A DNA stretch of 64,000 bases from a virus. Below, in pieces: positions 27,107 to 36,356 of this stretch (position 1 is its first letter; every line of letters begins with the position of its first letter). The stretch lies in the IMG/VR virus record IMGVR_UViG_3300044710_000077, positions 1 through 64,000 of that record; one strand, 5' to 3'. A program made the position numbers and the translations under genes. Under the pieces are notes generated by a model. It was not told the origin of the DNA, ran no database searches, and saw only the letters and a list, made by a program, of their open reading frames with translations.

Positions 27107-29500
27107 TCAGAACAGCCGCCGGCGGAAATCGCGCCAGCCTATGGTCGAAATTGTCACCGCGCCGGCCGCGCTGTTGGCGATTGCCACCTGTTTAGCCGTA
27201 TTAGTGGCCACCCTGGCGGTTGTTGCCGAACTTGCCGTGTTTCCGCCAGACGTCAGCGACGCGGTTTCCGCGGTCGGTTGTGTCGTCCCAGGCGTATAAA
27301 TCCACGTATTGCACTGGGAACTGGCGCCCACCAAAATAAAGACGCTCATAATGGCTTCGACGGCGACGCCGTTGGGCACGCTTAGGGCGAAATTCGCATT
27401 TGGCGACCCGACCGCACTTAGGTCGGTCGGCGGCGCGGTCCATAGGAATTCGTCGCCGTATTGGGTGAACAGAATAATATTACCGCTGCTGTTCGTCAGC
27501 ACCGACCCCAGGCATTGCTTGACGTTGTAGCCGCTGGGCAGCGTCGGCGTCGGGTACGACTGGCTGAACAGCACGTCGAAGCCGCTGGCGAGTGCCGTGG
27601 GCGCAGCCGCCTGGGACGTGATATTTGAACCTGGATTGCTGTAATTGAACGTGTTGGTGGTGACGGCCGTCGCCACCTGCAAGCCGTCCAGCCCCTGGCC
27701 GCAACCCAGCACGCGCACAGTGCTGCCGATGCCCAAATTGTGCCCGGCCACCGTCAACGACGCCACGTTCGACGTGCGCTGGACATTGGTGACCGCCATG
27801 CCCGTTCTGCCGATAGCGTAGGCGTGCCAAGTCTGATTGTTGCCCTTGGTCGACGTGTCGCAGGCGCCGTTGCCGGTGCCAGGCGCCCAGGATTGGTCCA
27901 GGCGCTTGGTCATGGCGGCGGCCAATTGCATCAAGGTCACGTCGCTATCATCGCTGACGCGGCCGACATTGATATCGACCACGAAAGTCGGGCTGGTGCC
28001 GTCGTTCGCCAGCGTCAGGTTGCCGCCGCCTTGGCTGCTAACGGGCGCCACATATGCTCGCTGCCGCGACGCCGACGCGTCCAGCATGGCAGGCGTCACG
28101 GTGCCGGCCAAAATCGTGAGGTTGCCGGCCCCGTCGTCGCCCAGCGTCAGCCCGTTCTTTATGGTCAGATTGCCGCCGACGTTTTGCAGCCACTGGCCGA
28201 TTCCCAGCGTGGCGAGCGCGCCTAAGGTGTTGGCTTGCAGCAGCCACACCGACCCCGTGTAAATGAACGACAGGAAGGACCCGGCCGTCAGTTCGCCGCC
28301 CGATAGCGGCACGTTGCTGCCGCCGCTGACCTTGTTAATCGCGATGACGCCTGTGGTGTCGACGTTCAGCGTGGCGGCGCCGGTATTATTCAGCCCCGCG
28401 CCAACAGTCGTGGTTACGACATACCCAGGGGTCAGCGAAAACCCGGACGGGGTCGTGGACGAAATAACCTGGGCGTTCGCCGTGCCGGTTGTGGTCACGC
28501 CAGCGAACTGGCTGCTGGTCGACCCCACCACCGCGGTCCAGACCGCCGTGCTGGCCGTGCCGGTGACCGTGCAGACATAGAGGATTTTATTGACGGTATC
28601 GAAAGCGAAATCGGACGCGCCGTTCACGGACGCATTGCCGGCCACAGACCCGTTCGGGTTGCCGGCCGACGGCTTCATGATCGGGATACCGCCGACCGTA
28701 TCCGACGCCGGCAGGTTGGCCAGCGGCAGCGTCCCCTGGACCTCGGACCCAAGTTTGATTTGCGGCGCTTGGCCGGCGGTGCCGCTGTGGTGCGAAAACA
28801 GCAGGCCCGCCAGGAATGGTGCGGCCGGGTAATTGGACGGCACCCCGGTTCCGACCGATGGCCCAGCGACCTTGATATTTCCGCTGGTAATCTGGGTCTG
28901 GCCGAACGTCAGGTCGATAAGATACAGCGGCACTTGCCCGCTGGCTGGCGTGGGCGGGACCTCAGACCCCGTCGTGGCCGGGCTGCCGTACACCACGGAA
29001 ATCGTGCAGATAGCCGAGCGCTCGGTGTTGTTCGCCGCACCGGTATTGCCCGGGCCCTGGAACGGCTGGGTGGGGTTGGCCGAATTCCAGTAGTACAGCA
29101 CGCCGTTCGTCGGGTCGCCGGCGCGGATGATATCCGACTGAGAAAATGCCGCCTGGATAAGCGCCCATTGACTCTGCCCGGCCGACAGCGCCGACGTGGT
29201 CAGGGCGACGGCTTGGGCGACCGCAAAGCCCTGCTGCATGACGAGCGTCGGGTCGGCGGCCAGCGCGCCCCATGTGGTCGCGTCCAGGGCGGACTGCTGG
29301 TAGATTCGGCCGGCCGTCAGATTAATATTCAGCGTGGCCGGGCTGGTCGGCGTCGCCGCCAAGCCGCTGACGACCGACGTGGTGCCACCGGCTAAATCCT
29401 GCTGCAAAAAGGCGGCGGCGTAAAAGGCGTCCTTGACCGCCCACAATTGGTCGAAGCTGCGGACCTGCTCTTGCGAGTAAAGGATGACTCTGTTGCCCAT
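27107..29500 (-). CDS. tail fibre protein
   Basis: Follows the baseplate genes; baseplate-attachment-type N-terminus; NTGAATLNV and ELTAG fibre motifs. Confidence 0.85.
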   Translation of the reverse strand: MGNRVILYSQEQVRSFDQLWAVKDAFYAAAFLQQDLAGGTTSVVSGLAATPTSPATLNINLTAGRIYQQSALDATTWGALAADPTLVMQQGFAVAQAVALTTSALSAGQSQWALIQAAFSQSDIIRAGDPTNGVLYYWNSANPTQPFQGPGNTGAANNTERSAICTISVVYGSPATTGSEVPPTPASGQVPLYLIDLTFGQTQITSGNIKVAGPSVGTGVPSNYPAAPFLAGLLFSHHSGTAGQAPQIKLGSEVQGTLPLANLPASDTVGGIPIMKPSAGNPNGSVAGNASVNGASDFAFDTVNKILYVCTVTGTASTAVWTAVVGSTSSQFAGVTTTGTANAQVISSTTPSGFSLTPGYVVTTTVGAGLNNTGAATLNVDTTGVIAINKVSGGSNVPLSGGELTAGSFLSFIYTGSVWLLQANTLGALATLGIGQWLQNVGGNLTIKNGLTLGDDGAGNLTILAGTVTPAMLDASASRQRAYVAPVSSQGGGNLTLANDGTSPTFVVDINVGRVSDDSDVTLMQLAAAMTKRLDQSWAPGTGNGACDTSTKGNNQTWHAYAIGRTGMAVTNVQRTSNVASLTVAGHNLGIGSTVRVLGCGQGLDGLQVATAVTTNTFNYSNPGSNITSQAAAPTALASGFDVLFSQSYPTPTLPSGYNVKQCLGSVLTNSSGNIILFTQYGDEFLWTAPPTDLSAVGSPNANFALSVPNGVAVEAIMSVFILVGASSQCNTWIYTPGTTQPTAETASLTSGGNTASSATTARVATNTAKQVAIANSAAGAVTISTIGWRDFRRRLF

Positions 29501-29513
29501 TGGGCGACCCCCG

Positions 29514-30131
29514 TTAAAGTAACATGCCGCGTTGCTGGCGGAAAACGATAGGGTCCTTACCCCCCTTACTCAGGTTACATGGCACGCAAAGTAATTGAAT
29601 ATTATCAATGCTGTTAGCGCCGCCAGCGACCAGTGGCACTACATGGTCGATATGGTATTTGGCGCCCAGTCGAGAAAAGCAGACCGCGCATTTACCGCGC
29701 TGTTTTTCATACAAATTGGAAATCTGCGCATCCGTAAAGTGGTCACCGGATTTTTCGCGAACGCGGCGCCTGTGCTTATAGGCACGAATTTTATCTGGAT
29801 TCTGCGCTGCGAATTTACGGTGACCGGCGCGTTCCACGACTATCACTCTGTCGTGGTTTCTAGCACGCCATAAACGCCTTACCGCCAAATGCTTGCCGGA
29901 CGCACGATGTTTTTTTATTGCTGCGCGAATAATATCTGGGTGCGCTGCCTGCCAAGCGCGAACGCTCGCAGTATGTTTCTCGATATTTTCCGCGCGCCAA
30001 CGACGCGTAGCAGCGTTGTGGCAGTCCTTGCAACGGCGGTAAAGGCCATCCTTTGTCTTGGGGGCAGCATAATAGGAATCGACCGACAGGAGCCGCCGAC
30101 AAGTGCAGCAAATTTTCGTTTGCAGCGGCAT
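29514..30131 (-). CDS. HNH homing endonuclease
   Basis: N-terminal CxxC..DG...CKDC; CAVC...HIDHVVPL..GG.N...NIQLLC..CN.SKG; AT-rich. Confidence 0.92.
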   Translation of the reverse strand: MPLQTKICCTCRRLLSVDSYYAAPKTKDGLYRRCKDCHNAATRRWRAENIEKHTASVRAWQAAHPDIIRAAIKKHRASGKHLAVRRLWRARNHDRVIVVERAGHRKFAAQNPDKIRAYKHRRRVREKSGDHFTDAQISNLYEKQRGKCAVCFSRLGAKYHIDHVVPLVAGGANSIDNIQLLCVPCNLSKGGKDPIVFRQQRGMLL

Positions 30132-30174
30132 TTCTGTGCCCCGATTCATGCCTACGTTTACTCCGCTCTCTAAG

Positions 30175-30978
30175 TTATGTCCATGTGACACCCGAGGTAT
30201 CCCAGTGCAGGCCGCTCTGGTCCCAATACACCGCGCCCTGCGGCGCGACGAACTGCACCCAGGCAATCGTACCCTCGCATTTGGCTCGATTGATCGCGTT
30301 GTAAATGGCCTGTTCGCCCAGCGGCGTGGCGCCGCTTGCGGCGTCCAACATGGACGACCCGGCGACGTCCAGATTCATCGTGTATTCGTCGAAAACCGGC
30401 GTCGGATTATTGCCGAACGGTTGCGCCAGCGGCAAAATGGTTTGAATAAAGCCCTGATAGCCAAGGCCGTTGTCCGTCATGAGGCCCGGCGTGACCACGT
30501 TGTCGATATCGTAAAACATCATCCCGGCGCCGGGCGCGCCGTCCAGCACGCCGGTATCCGACGGCCGCCACGGCTCGATAATCCGCGGCGCTTGGCCGGT
30601 GACCGCCTTGACGGCGTTCGATACGGCTTGACGGGTCGCGCCACTTGGCAATAGCGCCGCCAGCACGCGCGCCGAATAAGCGGCATCCGATTCGCCCGAG
30701 TTGCGCGGCAGCGCGTAGAATCCGGTGCCGAAATAGTCGACCGCCTTGCCGTCCAGCGCGCCGTTTGTCGCGGTGCCGATTAGCGTGGCGTCGAAGGCGA
30801 ATTGCAGAGCGCCCATTTCAAAATTCAGCGGGATACCCAACGTATCCATAACGGCGCGCACCGCGCCGCCTTCCTGCAATGCATCTGGGCTGGCCCACCT
30901 ATGGGGGTAAAGAGCCGCCATCCGCGCGCCGAATTGCTGGGGAGTCAATAGCGTGAAAGTGGTAGGGGGAGTTCCCAA
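30175..30978 (-). CDS. baseplate wedge/tail protein (J partner)
   Basis: TAT...LD....DYFG, ESDAAY.AR and IIEPW.P.DTG motifs; position after J. Confidence 0.75.
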   Translation of the reverse strand: MGTPPTTFTLLTPQQFGARMAALYPHRWASPDALQEGGAVRAVMDTLGIPLNFEMGALQFAFDATLIGTATNGALDGKAVDYFGTGFYALPRNSGESDAAYSARVLAALLPSGATRQAVSNAVKAVTGQAPRIIEPWRPSDTGVLDGAPGAGMMFYDIDNVVTPGLMTDNGLGYQGFIQTILPLAQPFGNNPTPVFDEYTMNLDVAGSSMLDAASGATPLGEQAIYNAINRAKCEGTIAWVQFVAPQGAVYWDQSGLHWDTSGVTWT

Positions 30979-31067
30979 GATCAGGCCTCCATGTTACAGA
31001 AACGGACCGGGCGAGCGCTGCGAACGCTCAAGCCCGGCCCTAACCAAGACGACAGGTCGGTGCCGAA

Positions 31068-31622
31068 ATGGCTGACGATAAAATCCCAGAAAAACAGCGC
31101 GGGCGCAAGTTTCCGCGCAACGACCTGACGGCGCACTACGTCCGTTCGATTCTGGACTACAATCTGCTGTCTGGCGATTTGCGATGGCGATGGCGCGCCG
31201 ATTGCCCGGCCAAATGGAACATTACATTTGCGGGAAAAATTGCCGGCACGCTCAACCCGGACGGATATCGCCGAGTATGCATTAACTACCATATTTACTT
31301 GGCCCATCGGTTGATTTGGCTGATTATGACTGGCCGCTGGCCAGAACCGGAAGTCGACCATAAAAACACGAAACGGGACGACAATCGCTGGGATAATCTG
31401 CGCCAAGCAACAGTGGCACAAAATACGAATAATACTGGTCTTAGAAGCACAAACATTTCTGGCTTCAAGGGAGTTTATCTGCATCAAGGCCGCTGGGTCG
31501 CCCAAATTAGCAGCGGTGGCAAGCAACGTTATCTTGGGGGTTTTGACACGCCGCAAGAGGCCCATCGCGCGTATTGCGAAGCTGCCGACAAATTTCACGG
31601 GGAATTTGCCAATCATGGCTAA
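31068..31622 (+). CDS. HNH_3-AP2 homing endonuclease, inverted relative to the operon
   Basis: YLAHRLIW..MTG.WP...VDHKN..RDDNRWDNLR; AP2 SGFKGVY...YLGGF.T..EAH.AY. Confidence 0.93.
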   Translation: MADDKIPEKQRGRKFPRNDLTAHYVRSILDYNLLSGDLRWRWRADCPAKWNITFAGKIAGTLNPDGYRRVCINYHIYLAHRLIWLIMTGRWPEPEVDHKNTKRDDNRWDNLRQATVAQNTNNTGLRSTNISGFKGVYLHQGRWVAQISSGGKQRYLGGFDTPQEAHRAYCEAADKFHGEFANHG

Positions 31623-32794
31623 TAGTTGCTGATCGTTATGTTGCTGGTCGTCGTGATGCTGCGCTGAAAAAGCGTGCCGACCAAATCAGCGGCGGCAGCA
31701 TTAATCGTCGTGGCCCCAGGTTGAACTGCGATCACGCCCGGCACCGTCAGCGCCGCTGCTTCGACCTGCGATATATAGACGAGAATTCCGTCCTCATCTT
31801 CGCCGCCGATAGGCTGACTATTGACCGCCGCCGCCACGGCCGCCGCCACGGCCGCATTGACGACCGACGGCACAATCGGCAGCGACGGCGTGCTGGGCGC
31901 CAGCCGCACGACCAGCACAATGGTCGCGGTGACCGTCGTCACGGCGATGGTTTCGGCCAAGATCGTGAAACCCCGGACCTGTTCCAGCGCGTTCTGCACG
32001 GCCTGGATAAGCGACGCTGGCGGATTGCCCGACCCGTCGTCAATGGTGGCGACGAATTCGCCCGGCCGCGGCGCGCCGCCTGTGGTGACGTTTTCCTGCA
32101 AGGAATACAGCAGCCCCTGCTGCACGCCCTGGATGGCGGCCACGATGGCGCCATAGGTCGCCTTCGACAGCGAATTTATATATTGCACGAACCGGGCGAG
32201 GTACGCCGTGTCGGACTCGGCGTTGAGCCCGTTATTGATCGCGGCCCCGTTCGTCACGTAGCCGATGCCCGGCACATTCGTCGCAAGCTGGCTCAGTTGC
32301 CCGGCGGTCACGTTCGACGTGGCGCCCGGCGTTGCCGCTTGGATTGTCGCCGTAAGGCTGCTCTGGCCGGTCGCCAGCACGTAGGCGCCCACCGTCGCGT
32401 TCCAGGTCGGCTGCGTCGGGTCGGCTACGGTCAAATATTGGATGGCGCCGCCGGCGGTCTGCACGGTCACCCCGGGCGGCACTTGGATAGGGGACGCGGC
32501 GGGCGTGAATGTGCCAAACGTCTCTGATCCGGTCGCCGACGTGGCGCCCAGCCGCGGGAAATTGAATTGCGCCATCCATTCGTCGAGGTCCGCGCCGGTG
32601 CGCGTGCTGGCCAGGGTAAGCGCGTTGACGATTTGGATTTGGGCTTGCAGGAACACGGCCTGCGCCGCCACGGTCTGCATAAGCGCCAGCAGCGGGTCGC
32701 CGTCGGGAAGTGTGGGCTGGTAGCCTAATTGCTGCGCCCAGCCGGCCACGAGATCGGCGGTAAATTGCGATATCGACTTTGACGGAAGCGCCAT
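31619..32794 (-). CDS. baseplate J-like protein
   Basis: TGADLD.W, R..AT.A.G, VTN......G...ESD...R and IDDGSG.PP motifs. Confidence 0.9.
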   Translation of the reverse strand: MALPSKSISQFTADLVAGWAQQLGYQPTLPDGDPLLALMQTVAAQAVFLQAQIQIVNALTLASTRTGADLDEWMAQFNFPRLGATSATGSETFGTFTPAASPIQVPPGVTVQTAGGAIQYLTVADPTQPTWNATVGAYVLATGQSSLTATIQAATPGATSNVTAGQLSQLATNVPGIGYVTNGAAINNGLNAESDTAYLARFVQYINSLSKATYGAIVAAIQGVQQGLLYSLQENVTTGGAPRPGEFVATIDDGSGNPPASLIQAVQNALEQVRGFTILAETIAVTTVTATIVLVVRLAPSTPSLPIVPSVVNAAVAAAVAAAVNSQPIGGEDEDGILVYISQVEAAALTVPGVIAVQPGATTINAAAADLVGTLFQRSITTTSNITISNY

Positions 32795-32798
32795 GGCG

Positions 32799-33212
32799 TC
32801 ACGCCCCCCCTATCGCTATCGTGCCGGACTGGCCGCTGACGGTCGACGTGCTGACGAAGATATTCAATTCTGCCGGCGTCGGCTGCTGAAAAATAATATT
32901 CGGCGGCACGCTGGTCAGGGTTTCGGCGTCGGCCAGCACGCCCAGCGATACGCGGCGCTCGACGTCGGCCAATGACGCCGAGTCGAACGGCTGGTCGACT
33001 AGCGATCCGAGACCAACGCCGAACTGCGGATTGAACACGTAATCCGGCGGCGTGTACGTGCCGTCGGGCAATTCCTGCGCCGGGTTCGTGATGATTCGGC
33101 GCACGACCCTTTGGCGGTACGCCACCCAGCCTACCGCCGTCTGGATGCTGCCCGACGGCGTAATCAGGAAATCGCGGTTCCAGTCCAACGAGAATGTGGG
33201 ATTTTGCGTCAT
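32799..33212 (-). CDS. baseplate wedge subunit (gp25/gp46-like)
   Basis: QRVVRRIITNP...YVFNPQFGVGL; precedes J. Confidence 0.75.
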   Translation of the reverse strand: MTQNPTFSLDWNRDFLITPSGSIQTAVGWVAYRQRVVRRIITNPAQELPDGTYTPPDYVFNPQFGVGLGSLVDQPFDSASLADVERRVSLGVLADAETLTSVPPNIIFQQPTPAELNIFVSTSTVSGQSGTIAIGGA

Positions 33213-33598
33213 GTCAGCGGCGGGATGGTTATCGTGCAGCCCTCGATTTGGGCTTCCGCGTTCTGTATTGCCGTAATCAGGTCAGCCACTTGCGTCGCCA
33301 ATGCGGCAAGCTGCGCGATATAGGTATTATACGCAGCCAAGCCCGGCGCCAAATATGTCGTGATAAAATTCTGAATCCACGTCACCGCCTGGGCTGGGCT
33401 GGTGGGGATTTCCAGCAACACCTGCATCGGTAAGAGCGCGGCGATCTGTTCCTCGATAGCCGTCTGAGTCGCCTGCAAGGAAGCGAAAACCTCGTCGACC
33501 TGCGCCTGCAATTCGGCGCATAGTTTACACGCTGCGAATGCCGCCTGCTGGGCCGCAAAATACGCTTCATTGATCGGCGACTGTCCCTGTGGCTGCAT
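33209..33598 (-). CDS. helical hypothetical protein in the baseplate module
   Basis: GAGG SD; coupled to the next gene. Confidence 0.65.
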   Translation of the reverse strand: MQPQGQSPINEAYFAAQQAAFAACKLCAELQAQVDEVFASLQATQTAIEEQIAALLPMQVLLEIPTSPAQAVTWIQNFITTYLAPGLAAYNTYIAQLAALATQVADLITAIQNAEAQIEGCTITIPPLT

Positions 33599-33606
33599 GG
33601 CTCCCC

Positions 33607-34194
33607 TCAGAAAATATTGGTTATGATACCATCTTGAACGGTCACTGTCTGCCCGGTCGGCGTCGTAAAAGACCCGCTGCATCCGGTCCCAGCCGCAAGA
33701 TTGCCAGACGTGGCCGTGCGCGGGGCGACAAGTTGGATTAACGCAGCCGAATTCAATTCGACCTGCCCCGCGTCATCCAAATATACAAACCCGCCCGCAG
33801 CGGCTTTTAGTGCGACCTCGCCCGGCTTCATGGCGGTAAACGGCGGCGCGTACACCTGGTCGAAGCACATGGTTGCGCCAATGGTCACGCCGTAATTGCG
33901 TTCCAGGATGGCGATCTGACATTTTTCGCCAGCAGTCGGGTTTTGAAGCGACGCGCCGCCCATGGGGGCAATCTGCACGCCCCAGCCATTGCCGGCCGCA
34001 ATCGTTCCTAGCGGCATCCAGCCGGTCAGGACGTAGTTACCATCGCCGTCCCCCATAGACGGGATGACCAGCTTTACGCGGTGCCCGTTCGAGTCATAGC
34101 TAGCCACATGGCCGTAAACGCCCGGCCGATAAGCCTCCGTCTGCTGGCTGGAAGCATGCTTGACCTGGTGGGCCAGTTCGTCGCCGCCGCTCAT
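33607..34194 (-). CDS. baseplate spike (gpV/gp45-like)
   Basis: OB-fold G.V.SYD...VK, TGWMP...GNGWG; C-terminal SFTTPTGQTVTVQDGIITNI. Confidence 0.85.
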   Translation of the reverse strand: MSGGDELAHQVKHASSQQTEAYRPGVYGHVASYDSNGHRVKLVIPSMGDGDGNYVLTGWMPLGTIAAGNGWGVQIAPMGGASLQNPTAGEKCQIAILERNYGVTIGATMCFDQVYAPPFTAMKPGEVALKAAAGGFVYLDDAGQVELNSAALIQLVAPRTATSGNLAAGTGCSGSFTTPTGQTVTVQDGIITNIF

Positions 34195-35462
34195 TCTGCC
34201 GACCCCGTCAGTGTCGCGGTCCCCTCGCCGACCGGCTGCACGTCCAGTAGCGTGAACGACGTGTCCAGTTCGGCCTGCCGGCTGTCACCGCCTTGCGGCA
34301 TGCTGAAATTATGCGTGTAGCCAGTGACGTAGTATTGGTGCGACAGGAATCCGGCCGGGATATTGCCGTCCAGCGTCACGGGCTGGCTGGGCGACATGCC
34401 GGGGACGATATCGGCCGACCCGGTCACGATCAATTCCCGCTTGGCGATATCGGTGGCAATCGACTGCGCGCGCAAATTCGCCTGTGCCGCCGTCAGCCCG
34501 TCGACGTGAAACGTGTAAAGCGGTATTGCGTTCTTTTTCGAGTTCGGCCCGGACCCGATTTGCGCCTGTATCGCCGACGCCTGCGCGCCAGACCAAGCGC
34601 CGGACTTGACCGTGCTGCCGCCGCTGGTCGTCATGTTCGTGCCGATGACGTAAGCCTGCCCCTTGGTCGTCTGCCGCGTGGTCGGGTCGTAGGACAGCAC
34701 CAGGACCCGGAACGTCAGATTGCGCCGCGGATTGTGCTCGATATTCAGGTCCAGCAAGGGCAGCACGCCGGCGGCCGGCGGGTTTTGCATCCAGCCGAAC
34801 GTCAGCGGCGACAGGCCGGCACCAGGGGCGCCAAAAACCAGATGCTTGTCCGGCGTGGCGTAAACCTCGTTGCCGGTATCGCGCGCCAGCCGCATAAGGA
34901 TGCCCCAGAGCGACTGCGGCACCGCCGTCAGGATCGTGTCAGTGCTGTTACCGAAAATCGTGCCGACTTCCGGGTCGGACCCCGGCGCCGACGACAATCG
35001 CAGGTCCGGCGTCAGCCCAAACTGATTCGCAATCGCCGTGACCATTTTCGACAGCGGCTGGTTTGTCGTGCTGACGCCGTCGCCGGCGACCTCGCCCGGC
35101 GCCAGTGCCCCGGTATTGCCGCCCAGGATATTCGTCAGCACCCGCTTTTGGTCGACCAGCAGGCCCGACCAGTCGCGGGCATGAATCGCCACGGCGTCGC
35201 GTTTGAAGGACCAATTTGCCTTTAGGTATTCGCCGCCGAACAGGTGGGTGGTGCCGCTATCCTGGGCTAAAAAAATATCGACCGGGACGATGGTCGGGGC
35301 ATCTTGGCTGATTGCCAGCAGGTCGACGCCCTGGTCGGCCAGTGCCGTGATGCTCGACGTGATCGTGGCATGCCCGGTCGAGCCGTGGCTGCCGCCCGAA
35401 ATCTGCGCCCGAAACAGCGGCAGGTCGGTGCCGGCGATTTGCACGGTCAGGCTGGCGGTCAT
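34191..35462 (-). CDS. baseplate hub (gpD/gp44-like)
   Basis: IHARDWSGLLVD, S.W..L.RLA, Y.VT...H.FS motifs; position. Confidence 0.8.
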   Translation of the reverse strand: MTASLTVQIAGTDLPLFRAQISGGSHGSTGHATITSSITALADQGVDLLAISQDAPTIVPVDIFLAQDSGTTHLFGGEYLKANWSFKRDAVAIHARDWSGLLVDQKRVLTNILGGNTGALAPGEVAGDGVSTTNQPLSKMVTAIANQFGLTPDLRLSSAPGSDPEVGTIFGNSTDTILTAVPQSLWGILMRLARDTGNEVYATPDKHLVFGAPGAGLSPLTFGWMQNPPAAGVLPLLDLNIEHNPRRNLTFRVLVLSYDPTTRQTTKGQAYVIGTNMTTSGGSTVKSGAWSGAQASAIQAQIGSGPNSKKNAIPLYTFHVDGLTAAQANLRAQSIATDIAKRELIVTGSADIVPGMSPSQPVTLDGNIPAGFLSHQYYVTGYTHNFSMPQGGDSRQAELDTSFTLLDVQPVGEGTATLTGSAE

Positions 35463-36337
35463 GTCGCGGGTATCGTGATGGTGAATTGGCCGGTCGGCTG
35501 CGGATCGGATAGCCCGGACGCCGCGGCAATCTCGGTCCACAGGGACGAGTTTCCGAGATATTGCGCCGCCAGCAGGAACAGGTTCGGATTTATCAGCAGC
35601 AGATACCGCGCCGCCGCTTTCGGGCTGGCGACCACGGCACCGATGGCGGCTGCGCGCGCGGCAAGGTCCGCGGCCGGCGACGCCTGGGTAGCGTCGCTGC
35701 CGGCGATCAAAGGTGCCGCAGCCAATTGCACAGCCGTCACGGCGGCGGCGATAGCGATACTGTCGGCGGGCTGAATTCCAGCCACGGTCCCGTCGCCGTT
35801 CGCCAGCCCCTGCTGCACGGCCGAGTCCAGCCCGGCCGCCGGCGCCGTCAATACGTCCGGCAATGCCAAGCCGTCGTCCCCCGCCGCCACGTCGTCAAGC
35901 GCCATGCTCTGATCCGACAGCGCCTGCTCGGCCGACGTGCCGGCACCAGGGATAACGCCCACGCCCGACAAATCCTGGCTGGGCTCAAACATCATCTGGT
36001 ACGGGATAAGCCACTGGTGTTTCGCCTTGGGCGTGAAGCTGCCGATTTTCCCCAGCCAAGCGAACGGCCCATAGGACAGCGTCACGTCGGCGCCCTGCGC
36101 GCGCATGCGGTCGATTTGCTGGGCGCGCGCCATGGCGTCGGTGCCGGTCAGAATACCCGACCACGTCAGCGGCAGCGGAAACGCGCCCAGGTCGTCCTCG
36201 GTAATGTAGCCGCCCGGGAATTCATGCTTGACGATGACTTGCTTGCCGCCCAGCGGCCCGAATTCCTCCGGGATTTCCAGCGCCGAAAATATAACGACGC
36301 CGGAAGGGCCGCCGATTGTCAGGAAAAGACCAGCCAT
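35459..36337 (-). CDS. tail tube initiator-like protein with a C-terminal LysM-like domain
   Basis: EIPE...GG.Q....H.FPGG; NLF.LAAQYLG....W..IA..SGL.DP. Confidence 0.75.
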   Translation of the reverse strand: MAGLFLTIGGPSGVVIFSALEIPEEFGPLGGKQVIVKHEFPGGYITEDDLGAFPLPLTWSGILTGTDAMARAQQIDRMRAQGADVTLSYGPFAWLGKIGSFTPKAKHQWLIPYQMMFEPSQDLSGVGVIPGAGTSAEQALSDQSMALDDVAAGDDGLALPDVLTAPAAGLDSAVQQGLANGDGTVAGIQPADSIAIAAAVTAVQLAAAPLIAGSDATQASPAADLAARAAAIGAVVASPKAAARYLLLINPNLFLLAAQYLGNSSLWTEIAAASGLSDPQPTGQFTITIPAT

Positions 36338-36356
36338 GCGCGCCCCCTTTCCCCCG